Source: the human T2T-CHM13v2.0 reference genome, Homo sapiens | Direction: 5' to 3' (one strand) | Length of the DNA: 64,000 nt | Assembly: GCF_009914755.1 (NCBI RefSeq) | Contig: NC_060930.1 | Shown here: in pieces, positions 16,459-30,382 of the stretch | How positions within the stretch are numbered: the stretch's first letter is position 1 | Layout: each line of letters begins with the position of its first letter | Position numbers and translations under genes: made by a program | Notes under the pieces: model-generated | What the model saw: only the letters and a program-made list of their open reading frames with translations | Database searches by the model: none | Told to the model about the DNA's origin: nothing

Positions 16459-18511
16459 AACATTTCAGGTGTACAGTAACCTCAACCATTCATAAGAAAG
16501 CTACAAACCAGGTGGTAACTAAAAAAGGCTGCAGGGCCGAATTCAGGGAGGCTATAGAGCATAGTCAAAACCTTGCTGGGCTTCCCGAGTGTCCTGGTTT
16601 TAAAAGGACAGCAAGGGAACAAGCTGGGCCTCTGTTCCCTCAATCCCTGAATACTGGATTGAATCCAGGGCAAGAGAGCCCATCAGCTAACTTTACTTCA
16701 CTTCTTGAAGTTAAAGGGCTCTGAATGCTGTATGTAGATTTTTATGCAGATGAGTCTGTGAATCACCTCCCTGTGTCTACTAAAAAAATCTGGTAACCCT
16801 TTCTCCCTTTGGAGAGCTTTAATTTTCCCTGTTGCAGAGAAGTGGCATTTCTAAAGTCTTGTCCAGGCTAAAATTCCATAAATTTGAAAATACACTTAGC
16901 CTCTTTTATCTGCTGGGATGCCGTAAACAACATGAGACCCGGAATACAATACCACGCACTGTAACATAACTAGGGATAGTTATTTTGATCGGAGTGCCAT
17001 ATTGTCTTGAAACAAAGTTTGTTTGCTTGGCTATTTATAATACAAATAACTTGTTACAGCATCTTTCTTCCAAGTAGGTCAAAATATTTCCATGCATTAC
17101 ATAATTTATTTCTATAACATCCCTGTGAATCATCCAGTAGGTGTTTGTGTGTTAGGATTTATTTTTACTTTAAAGAACTTGAGGACTTTGAGACTGAATA
17201 AAATTGAGCAAACATTTGCATTTACAAATGCTTACTGGTTACCATGCCACTTTTTTCTTTTTAATACTAACTAAACAATATCAGAATGGCACTTGGCATT
17301 GATCTGTCAAAACACAAGAAGAACAGACATGGAAGGTCAAGCCAAAAAATGCAGTCTCAAAAAAAACTGTTGAATAATATAAACTGGACTCTTACTGCCA
17401 CAGGATTGGCAAAAGGAGTCTTCACCTGTGGGATTATCACATCTCTCCCTTCAGGGCACACTGAGGCTGAAGGAACCTGGTCATCCCTATAACTTGCAAT
17501 CACTCTGCAGAGCTCTGAGGAAAACTGCCTGCTTGACTGGACAGCCCAGCTGTGGAAATTCTCTAGAAATAAAGATGCTACACAAAGGTGGTGCCAATTT
17601 CTGGACACTTACAGAGAGCATGCCTGGCTTAGAAGACATGGAAAAGACAGGCAACTGAGGGTCATTACATCAAAGGAGCCAGTATACTTCATAGTAGTGC
17701 AAAGAAGTACCAGGAAGAATTTGCTGCACTGGTAATAAACCATTCACATATCTCACTGGAGTCTTTTCCTTTTAAATTTGGTATCTTCTAATTGCTTCAG
17801 TCCAGGGTCTCAGCAACTGCTGCTGTTTGGATGTTGTCCTTAAGTATGTAGATACCAGGTTGCAAATGGTGAAATAAGGAGTTTACTCTCCACCACTTGT
17901 ATTTTAGCACTAAAAACCTCAGGGATCAGAAATCTGCAACATGCTTTCATTTTGAGTTGCATGAAACTTTCATTACTTGCCCTAAATCCAAGGCTGAGTT
18001 TTCTATACGCATAAATGCTCAGAGCAAGAAGGTATTTGGCCTCAGTATTGTTTGTAATTCCATGATACAATAAGCCCTGTTCAGAATCAACAAACAGCAG
18101 CTTCCCTGTGGGTGTTTAGCATCCATGTGAATGTAGGGTAGACCAACTTAACTGAGTTCCATCTTAACTACCTACTAAAAATTTAAAATTGTGCACCCTG
18201 CATTAAAGGCCACAATAGTGTGATACTCTGTATTTATCACAATACTTAAGAGGGCTCTCATCCATGGATTAGCACACAAAGTGAAGCCCCATCCCCAGCA
18301 TTCAGTATGCAGAGGCTCAACTGGACGACGTCCTCACTGCCTTCTCTCTGAAGACGCCCTGCCTCCCATTTCCTGAGAGAGGGTCTCACCCACATGATCA
18401 ATGGCAGGCAAAAAAAATGAGTGACTTGGCAAATTTGGGGAGGGCCTTCTGATTGCCTACTTGCGCTTCTGCAAGCCGAAAGCAGGTGACAATCAGATTT
18501 GACATGCGAAC

Positions 18512-18731
18512 CAGCATTTCCCAGCATGTGTTATGTGAAAATACTAGTCCTAAGTGAGGAAGAAGAAACACAGCACCTTATTCCCTTTACTCCCAAAACA
18601 ATCACAAAGAATACTTGAATATTAAAGCAGTGGAGAAGCCCTGGAACGTGAGAAGAAAAGTTAGGGACCTGGATTCATTCGCAGAACCTTACCCACCCCC
18701 AGTGACACCCATTATACTGTGGGAAATGCTG
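18512..18731. mobile_element. hAT-Charlie MITE (Charlie4-like)
   Basis: Perfect 12-bp TIRs CAGCATTTCCCA / TGGGAAATGCTG spanning 220 bp; degenerate 8-bp TSD (5/8). Confidence 0.6.
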
Positions 18732-18869
18732 ATCTGCACAAAACTTCTACCCAGCCAGTGCCTTCAACATTCAGAGGCTGGAGGCTGATTCAAAGTACCT
18801 TACTTGAATCTCACATAACCCTCTAGCCACATATCCTAAGAAGTGCCTCAGATCTCAATCTCTCTCTCT

Positions 18870-18990
18870 CTTTTTAAAGACAGGGTCTCTATGTTGCCCA
18901 GGCTGGACTCCAACTCCTGGGTGCAACTGATCCTCCCGCCTCAGCCTCCCCAGTAGCTGACACTACAGGCCCATGCCACCATGCTCAGCC
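18870..18990 (-). mobile_element. Alu monomer (FLAM/FRAM-like)
   Basis: Single diverged monomer. Confidence 0.75.
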
Positions 18991-20366
18991 TGCATCTGAT
19001 AATCTGAGCTGTGTGAGTTCCATTAGTTACAACAGAGATCTGCAATATGTTCACGGTCCCTTCTCCCAAATGGTCCCAGACCATACAGATCCCTGTGCTG
19101 GGTCACGGTCATACACAGAACTGGCTTTGAGAAGATACGAACCCAGGCAAGTGAAACTTGGTCTGATCTAAAAATTCTGTCACAATGCAGTTCTACAGCC
19201 TGCCCTTTCACCCCCTCCTCCCCAACAACTACAACTAATCATTTCATTTGGTTTAAAACGGGTCACCACAATTGGCTTTAATTTCAAGTCATATTTCTGA
19301 AAACAGTCTATACAATGTATTTTCTATCATGATGTAAAACATAAAATAATAAAATAAAAAACTCTCATTCTTGTTTAGGAAGACTAAATTTAGAACTGCT
19401 TTACATTTGAAGCATTAGTTTTGGGGAAAATTTCACTATTATTTAAATTATTTATTCTGTTTGTGTTTAGCATCCCTAAGATGTGGACAAAACAAGGAAC
19501 TTCTGTGAGATGAGCCCCTCGTGTTCTTATCACCCAATGGCAAGTGGCCTTCACGGGGCAGCTCCCTTCACTCCTGCGCTCCTCCACAGAGGCGCCAGGT
19601 GCCCTTAGGCTATAAGGATTCAAATCAAAACAGGACAAGCTTTACAAAGCTCCTGGTATTGGGCACATATTACAAATTACTCTATTTTATAACAGGAGTA
19701 TACACAGTGCTCTGAGAACAGAGAAGGAGGGAGTAACTCAGCCAGGGGCTTTGAGAAGTCTTTCCAGGGAAGGTGATGTCTTTGAAGGATGAATAGAATT
19801 TCACCAGAGGGAAAGCCTTTCTGCAACGGCAGGCTAATAATAAATATAGAATTCAAAACCCAAGGTTCTACATGAGTAGGAAAACACAGAAAAGGAAAGA
19901 TAAAAATATCGAAGAAGGAATACAAAGTTTTGGAAAAAGGAGAGAGGAGCTATAAGAAAAAAAGAAAGGTGACTTTAAAAGGAAGTATGTGGAACTGAAC
20001 ATGGGATGGAATTCTCTGGTAACATTACTAGATTGAGGAAGAAGGAAATTACCAGTAAAGTTGTAGTTTCAGAATTATAGCTAGCAAGCAAAATTCGGTT
20101 TCTACCAATGAGAATGCCAAACTCCTGTCCCCCTACTCCCAAACCCCCAGAGCTCAGGTTCACTGCCAGCTGCACTCCAGAGCTTTGTACCTGGCACACT
20201 GCTTACCCATTCTACTGCCTTGTACCCGGGGACTCACTGCAGGTCTCTCCTCCCACCAGGTTCCTCATCTCTTTAAGACAGTGCTTGGCCCCTTTCCATC
20301 ATTACTTCCCCTATAGGACCTGCTATGCTTTGCACATAGTGGTGTTAAAACCACTGTTGAATTGTA

Positions 20367-20521
20367 ATTTTTTTTGAGACGGACTCTCGTTCTGTTGCCC
20401 AGGCTGGAGTGCAGTAGCATGATTTTGGCTCATGGCAACCTCCGGCTCCTGGGTTCACGCAATTCTCCTGCCTCAGCCTCCTGAATAGCTGGGATTACAG
20501 GCATGAGCCACTGCGCCTGGC
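20367..20521 (-). mobile_element. Alu monomer-length element (right-arm body with left-arm 5' end)
   Basis: Right-monomer sequence runs into GCTGGGATTACAGGCATGAGCCAC; TSD TGTAATTTTT. Confidence 0.8.
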
Positions 20522-21384
20522 ACACTGTAATTTTTTATTTAATTAAAACAAACAAACAAACCAAATACAATCACAAAGACCCACAAGCCGATTTCTATTC
20601 TAGAAGGAGTAAAAATTCAGTTACATTTAGTCACAAGAATGATATATATCAATAGACTAATACAGTATTCATTTTTTTTAACTTCACAAGAAATTTTGGA
20701 CAATAGTTTTATGTTTTGGTGACTAATCACATGCTTATCTTTTCTTCATTATTCATTTAATAGCCATTATAGCAAATTGCTAATATTTGGTAGTTCTGGA
20801 AATAATTTACATATACCTCCAATTATCAGCATATTACATTCAACATTTGCTGTATCAGGCATAAGGTATTTAAACACATCATTACAATTCTACTCCTGCA
20901 CAAGATTAAGTATGTGGATGTAAGTTACTTTCAAATTCTTTAAACAGAAAAATAATCTGGTTGTGTTAGTCTTAAGAACATAGCTCAAGGTCTGTTCTTT
21001 TACCCCTGTGTTTGAGCTTTACTTGGTTACAAAGTGGTTTCATCAGAAGAAAATGTGTTTACTGACTGCCACTGGAAAAAGTGTGAAAATATAAAATATT
21101 CTCACTGGTTTTGAGATTCCTAATACTGTATATATAATATACTGGCCTAGAATAAGAAAGAAATGTTAACATTATGCTTAATGCCACTTTTTTGACACTA
21201 TCTGAGAGGGAACTCTATGTCAACAAAACTATGACCACTCTACAAGAACAAAGTACAGTCAAATATATCTCTTCCTGAGCGCAGAGGGAAAGCCATTTTC
21301 CCGTAGGTGGATATTGAGGTTTTAATAAACAAGTGGAGTGATGTTAATAGACAATGGCTGTAAGCTCAAAATATTACATTATTA

Positions 21385-21732
<348 letters not shown>

Positions 21733-21876
21733 TCATTTTTGGTACATGTTAAGTGGCTCCTAACTCAAACTAACCCTACAGACTTACAGTTTATAAATTA
21801 TTTGAAGATCTCATCTGAATATTATTTTGTTTAAAAGAGATGGTCTGTTATAATAATCCCTCTAAAAAAATCTCTA

Positions 21877-22266
<390 letters not shown>

Positions 22267-22343
22267 TCAAGGTAAAGAATTGGCTTTCTACTCAGTCTAG
22301 AGCTTGTATGGGAGTGTAACTTCACATCCACTGGTGTTTAAAA

Positions 22344-22836
22344 CAGGGGTCCCCAAACCCTTGTCTGTGGCCTATCAGGAACTGGGCTGCACAGCAGCAG
22401 ATGAGCGAAGCTTCATCTGTATTTATAGCCACTCCCCATCGCTCACAATACCACCTGAGCTCCACCTCCTGTCAGATCAGTGGTGGCATTAGATTCTCAT
22501 AGGAGCACAAACCCTATTGTGAACTGCGCATGCGAAGGATCTAGGTTGTGCACTCCCTATGAGAATCTAACGCCTGAAGATCTGTCCCTGTCTCCCATCA
22601 TCCCCAGAGGGACCCATCTAGTTGCAGGAAAACAAGCTCAGCGCTCCCACTGATTCTATATTATGGTGAGTTTCATAATTATTTCATTATATAGTACAAT
22701 GTAATAAACAGAAATAAGTACACAATAAATGTAATGTGCTTGAATTATCCTGAAACCATCCCCCACAACCCCAGTCCGTGGAATAATTGTCTTCCATGAA
22801 ACCAGTCCCTGGTGCCAAAAAGGTTGGGGACCACTG
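22344..22836 (+). mobile_element. MER1A (hAT-Charlie MITE)
   Basis: CAGGGGTCCCCAA...TTGGGGACCACTG TIRs and a perfect 8-bp TSD GTTTAAAA. Confidence 0.92.
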
Positions 22837-25800
22837 GTTTAAAATGTATGAAAAGTTGGGGTGAACTGAGCACTACTTATGAAGGATTGCCTAAAAGACA
22901 AGCCCTGTATCTACTCTTCTAGATATGCTAAGCTGTGTCTGTTGGATGTGCCAAGGACCTGCAATTTTGGTTACCTGCAAAATGCTTTCCTACTGTGGCC
23001 TTGTGCTACCAGCCAACGTGACAGGATGCCAGAAGCACAGGCCCTTTGAAACTGTTGTACTTATGCTGAGGATGCTGCCCTTCATTGAAAGAGCATAAGA
23101 GAATGTCTTCCGCTTTAGCACCAGAAAGAGTTACAATTCTTCTAAGAAAGTGGCTGCTTCGGTATCACAGACACTCTGACTCACATTACTAATCATGGTC
23201 CTCTCCCTGCATAGGCTGCTGGGAAGCTCAGAACCAGACCTGAGGCCGTGCTCCTGGCTGCTTACTGTCCTGCCTTCTAACCACCCTTTTGCTTGGAAAC
23301 CTCATCCCAGGACTTATTTTGGTTTTCCTATTCTTATTTTCCTGATTTTTCTTACTTAACACACCCACAAACAATTCTGATCTGTGGTTAAAAATATATC
23401 GAAATTCAGAATAAAATTAAATGCAACTTGTTTTCAAATAAACTATGGGAGTATAAACTATATACTGAGAGACATGATAGGGTTCTAAAATTTCTTACTG
23501 AGAATTTGGAACAACAATGTTAAATGATGGTAAGGTTCACAGGGCAGTCCAAGTAAATTTAATTTAACCATGCTGCAGCAAAATGACAGTGTTAAGAGAA
23601 GTCACTCCCAGCGTAATTCTATACTCATGTTAAAAAAGAAATTCTTATTAGAGGATTTGTGTTTAAAGAGACATCATTGATTATCTGAATTTGTATAGGC
23701 ACTGGATATATTAAGTCAACTAACAAATCATAAGCATTTAAATAGGAGTAAGTCCAGGGGCCTTGTAAATAACCCATAGTTTATTCAGTCAGTTGACTTG
23801 TTCTTTTTTCCTTACATAAACAAGTAACAGGGTGATTTAATTCAGTGAGAGTGGTGAAGTGAATACAGATCTGTGAAGAACAATAAAATGTTAATTTTAT
23901 GATCCTGTTTATTTTGCTGAAGTTTCTACATGATAGGAAACAAATGCAAATTTTGACCCAGGGTCAGTCCTTACTATTTCCAGCAGCAGAAAATGAATCT
24001 ACTAGGATACCTGAATTTTATAAGCAAATCCAACCTATTTCATATAAACATAATAAGGTCTTGGACACAGTTATTCATAGTCCGAGACTATTAACTGGGC
24101 TCTCATTCAGCATTTATGCATTTGAAATCTACCTAGTCAAATTTTCTTGACAAAATGTTAGCCTCTAAAGGAAGAATTCTGCTTCTGATAACCCATTATG
24201 CTACTTTTACACGCATGTGTTAAGCAAGCAGCAGAATCAGATTTGGAATTTAGAAAGATATTCTTTCCGGTGGCAATAGGCAGGATGCCTGGCAGAGCAA
24301 AGAACAGGAGGTAGACAGACCCGGAGGGGGCTGTACAAAATGCAGACAGAAACTGATGAACCAACAAAAAGCAATCAACTCGTGAGACATAAAGAAGGTC
24401 CGGCAAGGGAAATAAGTGAGAGAACCTGCTGGGCATAAGGACCTACTGACTACGGTAAAGTAAGGGGAGAAAGTGAAGTGACTTCCAGCTTGCACAAGGA
24501 AATACTGGGATGATGAGAGGCAATGCTGGAGTGTTGAGTTTGCCTGAAGGATTAGGTTGGGGATGGGTTAGGGATGATGTGGAGTTTTAGTTTAGATACG
24601 AGGTGTTGGTAGCATAACCAGAAAATGCCCAGGAGGCCCCTGGAAAGGACAAATGGAGGGGAATCACTAGAGCACACAAGGTTGGAGCCATGAGTTGTGG
24701 GCATCTAGGGAGGGTGTGGGAAGGTCAAGATGGAGTGCAAGGGGCCTCCAATGTCAAGCGGAGCCAAGAGAGGAGCAGACAAGGAGAAGGTGGTGTCCCG
24801 CACGCTAGGGAAGGAAGAAAGAAGCTGGAGACTGGTTAATTGGGCCAAAGATACAATGAAGGAAAGTGACAAGAAGGAAGGTGGCAGGCCAGACTGCAGC
24901 AGAGTGAGGAGTGAGGGCAGCTGACAGCCGGGAGAGTGCACAGACCATTCCCACCAGCTGCAGGCTGTCAGGGTATCACTGACTTCCTAATCGGCACAGG
25001 CCACATTGGTCTTTTCCCAAGGCTCTTCCAGACCTGCAGAATCTGGGTTTCTGCTCTATGAGGGTCCCTGAGCATAGGCCCTTAAAAACATTCTCACCAC
25101 CCCCATAGGGAACAGTACCTGGCCATGGCGCAGAACAAGTGCATGAGAGGACAGAGAGAGAAGGGAAGCTGATGCCCCCGGCAGGGATGCTCATGCTGCC
25201 TGCCGCAGCCAATCAGGTGGAACCCAGGGCCTGTGGTCTAGGATCTTTCCTTCCATTAAGGTAAACAGGGCAAAATAAGACTCAAAACACCACAGGCTTC
25301 GAAGACATCACCTTTCAGTACTCCACCTAGCTCTGCCAAACCTAGCCTCAGCTGTATCCTATTGCTGAAAACTCTCCTTACAGTACATCCAACCTTTCCA
25401 GGCCTTCTCTACGTCTGCTTGTTCCCTGACTCACTCTGGTAAAATCTCACCTCCTATCTTTCCTTTCTCTTCATTTTTTCTGCCATCCATTATTACTACT
25501 CTGCAGAAGTATTTACATTAACACTACTCCCCCTCCTCTGCTGACACTTTGGAATATGGCATGTACCCAAGTTAATTTATTTTCAATGTATAAAACTGTA
25601 CCCTTTGTGATAATATTACCTTAGGATACTCAAACACAATACAAAAATATTTACTTAAGAAATCTAAAACAATAGCAGCTGGGAGAAATATCTATTAAAA
25701 TACCAACTGTGAAATGACAGTTGTTAAGTATCTGTTTTACCCTCTGTTTTAAAAGAAGAGCACACCAAGGGTTTTGCCAAGCTGGGGAGGAGTGGAGTTC

Positions 25801-27291
25801 CAAAGACAAGACATCCTGGGCAAAGTACTCAGGGGCTTCCGTCTCCCCGCAGACAGGTCAACTGAGGATTGTAAACCCGCAGCAGTAGTATCCAATGTAG
25901 GTCCCAGCTTTGTGAGCATGGCCAGGGAAAGAAAGGACTGCTAAGAAAATGAAAATAATTATTTAGGGAGTAACAACTAAAGAGTCCACATGCTGACCTG
26001 TAATTTAAGTCAAGGGGAGGCAAGAACAGAAAAAGCTTCACTGAAACACCAGCAGCGCCTCAATGGCGGGGGCCCACTTGGAGGGACACTGGAACGCGTC
26101 AGTCTTATTATCACTTACATAAAGAAGCACATCCAAAAATGCAAAAGGAGGTGGAAGCAGGGCATGTACCTGCCTGAACCAACGTGGAATACGGGGAAAA
26201 ACGTTGGCTTTGGAGAATCCGGTGTTAAGCTGGCTCCATACCAACTTTGTTATTTTAGGTTACTTCTATTCTATGAACTGCAGCTTTCTTGTTTGCAAAA
26301 TGGGGGAAATTAAAAGTGCCTGCTTAATAGAGTTTTTATGACAGTTAAATAAGACAATGCAAGGAAGGGCCTAGTATGTGTCCGGCCCATGGGAGATGGT
26401 TAATAAAAAAAAAGAGCTGTTATGATTGTATTTGTAAAATGAAGTAAGAATCCTCATTTCATAGTGACTCTATACTAAATAAAACAATGCATATTAAAGT
26501 CTATAACATACAGTGCGTGACAGACAGCATGTATTCAATCAATGTTAATTCACTCTGAAGCTACCTTTTCTTCTCAGTCTACCAAATAATAAGGGATTTG
26601 TGTAAGTATGGAGGAGAGATCCCTAAGGCAGTAAACAGTCTCGTAGGCAAGTACAGACTTTATTAGCATTACAATGGTTTTCATCAGAATTTGAATGAAA
26701 CCAATTCTTCCAATGCTTTTGATCCCTGGAATCAGACTGTAACTTGGCCTCAGTATAGAATTTTGTACAGCATAGGCATTTATGAGACCACTGCCTCCAG
26801 TGTATTCAGTGATCAAAAGTATTGGAAGTTTCTGCTGTAACATAAATCTTAGTAGAACATAAACTCCATGAAGGCTGAAACTTGATAAGTTCTATTTCGC
26901 TGATGAATCTCCAGTGCCTAGAACAGTGCCTGTTACACGGTGGAAGCTCAGTAAACATTTGTTAATTGAATGAATATGGTTCGCAGGCATATGTTATATA
27001 TCAATATCAAAAAGTTCCTGTCCACAAGGATTAGAGACAGGAAAACAGGCCGTGGAGATAACTGGAAGTAAAATGGTGATACATCGTGCCATTGGCCTGA
27101 CTCAGAAATATTGGAGATTCTAATAGAGGCCTTCATCTTCTTTAGCAAGGCCCTAAGATCCTCCAACCTAAATAAGAAACTCCCAAACACTCCCGGCCAT
27201 ATTACTACTACCTTAATCTGTAAGTGCTTTACAGATTACAAGGCCTTCACACACACATTGTCTCAGTTATAATTTCCTGGCTTGCTTACAC

Positions 27292-27588
<297 letters not shown>

Positions 27589-27654
27589 ACTTATACTTTT
27601 AAATTAAGAGTTCCTACTCTAGGCAAAGCCAGTGGGAGATTTAAAAATACATGA

Positions 27655-27958
27655 GGCTGGGCACAGTGGCTCAGGCCTGTAATCCCAGCACTTTGGGGGG
27701 CCGAGGCAGGTGAATCTCCTGAGGTCAGGAGTTCGAGACCAGCCTGACCAACATGGTAAAACCCCCAACTCTATTAAAAATACAAAATTGGCCAGGTGTG
27801 GTGGCGTGCGCCTGTAATCCCAGATACTCGGGAGGCTGAGGCAGGAGAACCACTTGAACATGGAGGCAGAGGCTGCAATGAGCCAAGATCATTCCATTGC
27901 ACTCCAGCCTGGGCAACGAGAGCGAAACCCCTTCTCAAAACAACAACAACAGCAACAA
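27655..27958 (+). mobile_element. AluS (Sp/Sq-like) with (AAC)n tail
   Basis: Full-length Alu; TSD ACATGA. Confidence 0.92.
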
Positions 27959-27985
27959 CATGAATATGACAGGATTTCTGCTCTT

Positions 27986-28289
<304 letters not shown>

Positions 28290-29256
28290 AGGATTTCTGC
28301 TCTTAAAGAGCTGGATATAGCAGGGCTGGGAGAATTCTTCAAGGGCGAATTTGAAGGGCAAATGCTCAGTTCGTGTGTCTGCTCCACCCACACTTGTCCC
28401 ATTTGTTTTGCCTGTACCCTGTGCTTTCTTTTATTTGCAGTGCCCCGTCACCGAGTCAGACAGTCAGGACTGCAGTGACGCTCATGCCCGGGGCGCACAG
28501 CGTGCGGGGTTCTAACCTGCTGGCCATGTAGCTCCCACTCTTGTGCACACGGCAAGGACTCTGCGAACAGGAAATAAATCAACCATATTCTCCTTTCTTA
28601 GGTACCAATATTCTGAACACATTTTTCTCCAGGCTGGCAAGTGAAAATATAAAAGAATTGCAAAATGAAAACAGGTTGCGCTGAAAGGCAATAACTCTTT
28701 CCTCCATTCTTAAAGAAGAAGAAAAAATGGAGGATACAATAAAAATAAACACTGGAGTCCCTCTTATTCCCTAGGGTTAGAAGAATTCTGGGAAATAATT
28801 CCCTGTGATAATAATTACATGCCTGAAGTATATGAAGCGTTTGAGAGACCGTGGGTTAAAGTTAATTACTATGAAAATAATATTACCAGAAGACTATATA
28901 TGATAATAGAAGCTATGAAACAAGAAGTTATTTTTATATATCAGTTATTTTTAATTAATTAAAACAAAGAGTTATTTTTCCATACTTTATCTTTCAAATT
29001 GGTTCTTCTGGCCTTTGAAAATCGTTGGTGAAACAGATGGTGGCATCTTAATAAAACAAAGTATCTACAATCATATGGTGGCAGACATTTCCAATGACAT
29101 GAACCTTTTTTATTCCTACACCAAATTTTGCCCATAATCTGAGATGTCTCAATATCTGGGGTAACTTTTCCTTACGTTCTTATTTTTTAAAAGGGAAAGG
29201 AAATGATTTTGAAGACACCGTATTTCTAACATATCTTGTTTCCTGAATTTAGTCTA

Positions 29257-29608
29257 AAGATGGTCCCAGACATGCGATGGTTTGACTTAGGATTTCTCGA
29301 CTTTATGATGGCATGAGAGCAACAGGCATTCTGTACAAACCATACTTCGAGTACCCATACAACCACTGTGTTTCCACTTTCAGTATAGCTTTCAGTAAGT
29401 TACATGAAATATTCAATACTTTATTATAAAATAGGATTTGTGTTAGATGATTTTGCCCAACTGTATTCTAAGGGTAGTGTCCTGAGCACATTTAAAATTG
29501 GCTAGCTAAGCCATATGTTCTGTAGGTTGGGTGTACTGCATTAAATATATTTTCAACTTATGACAGTTTTATGGGAATGTGACCCTGTCCTAAGTCAAGG
29601 AGCATCTG
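29257..29608 (-). mobile_element. MER47A (Tigger-derived MITE)
   Basis: Ends AAGTCAAGGAGCATCTG; internal sequence matches the recalled MER47A consensus in reverse. Confidence 0.8.
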
Positions 29609-30303
29609 TCCTTCTTAAAAATGCTACTGATATGACATCTCTGTAATACATCCCTTCCCCCATCCCTGCTCGTTCCTTAGGGGATGGACCAGATCTGAAG
29701 ATCTCAGGGGATGGGGAGCCAAAAGCAGAGGGGTGAGAGTGTTGGAAAGGAGAAGAGAGACTCCTCTCTGGGCTAGTTTGTGAGTTCAGCCAGAACACAG
29801 GAAGAAACAGATCCAGACCTGAGTCCCTTACTCTGTGAGGAGAAGCAGTTCTGACCTAGCTTGGGATAGAGGGTTGGGACCTGCTGTCTGCATGGCCACC
29901 TAGCATGAGGCACCGAGAGGGCCACAACAACAGTGACGATGTGGGCAGATGGGTCAGTAGTGACAGGCTGCACACATGGACATTCAACTCATGAGGCACA
30001 AAGGGCCCATCTGCGCTGACTGTGGGCTGTGGTACAAGACATGTCAGGATGAGTGTGGAGCTTTCATGGCACTGACGGGGGTAGCTGAGTGTAGTTCTGA
30101 GAAGCGGATGGCATCTGAGGTGGGGTTGGGCAGGCTGAGGGCTGTTTTCCTGGTTCCTGCTGAGGCTCATCCCCTGCTAATTGTCTTCTCCAAATTATCC
30201 TGTTACTGCATGGCTATGCATTAGCTCTTTGTTTGCCTACAACACATATGTGACACTGATCCCAAGGACAAAGGAATCATGCTGACTTTATTTGCAGGAA
30301 GAC

Positions 30304-30306
<3 letters not shown>

Positions 30307-30377
<71 letters not shown>
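30307..30377. repeat. Compound microsatellite A29-(TA)21
   Basis: Direct count from the sequence. Confidence 0.97.
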
Positions 30378-30382
<5 letters not shown>

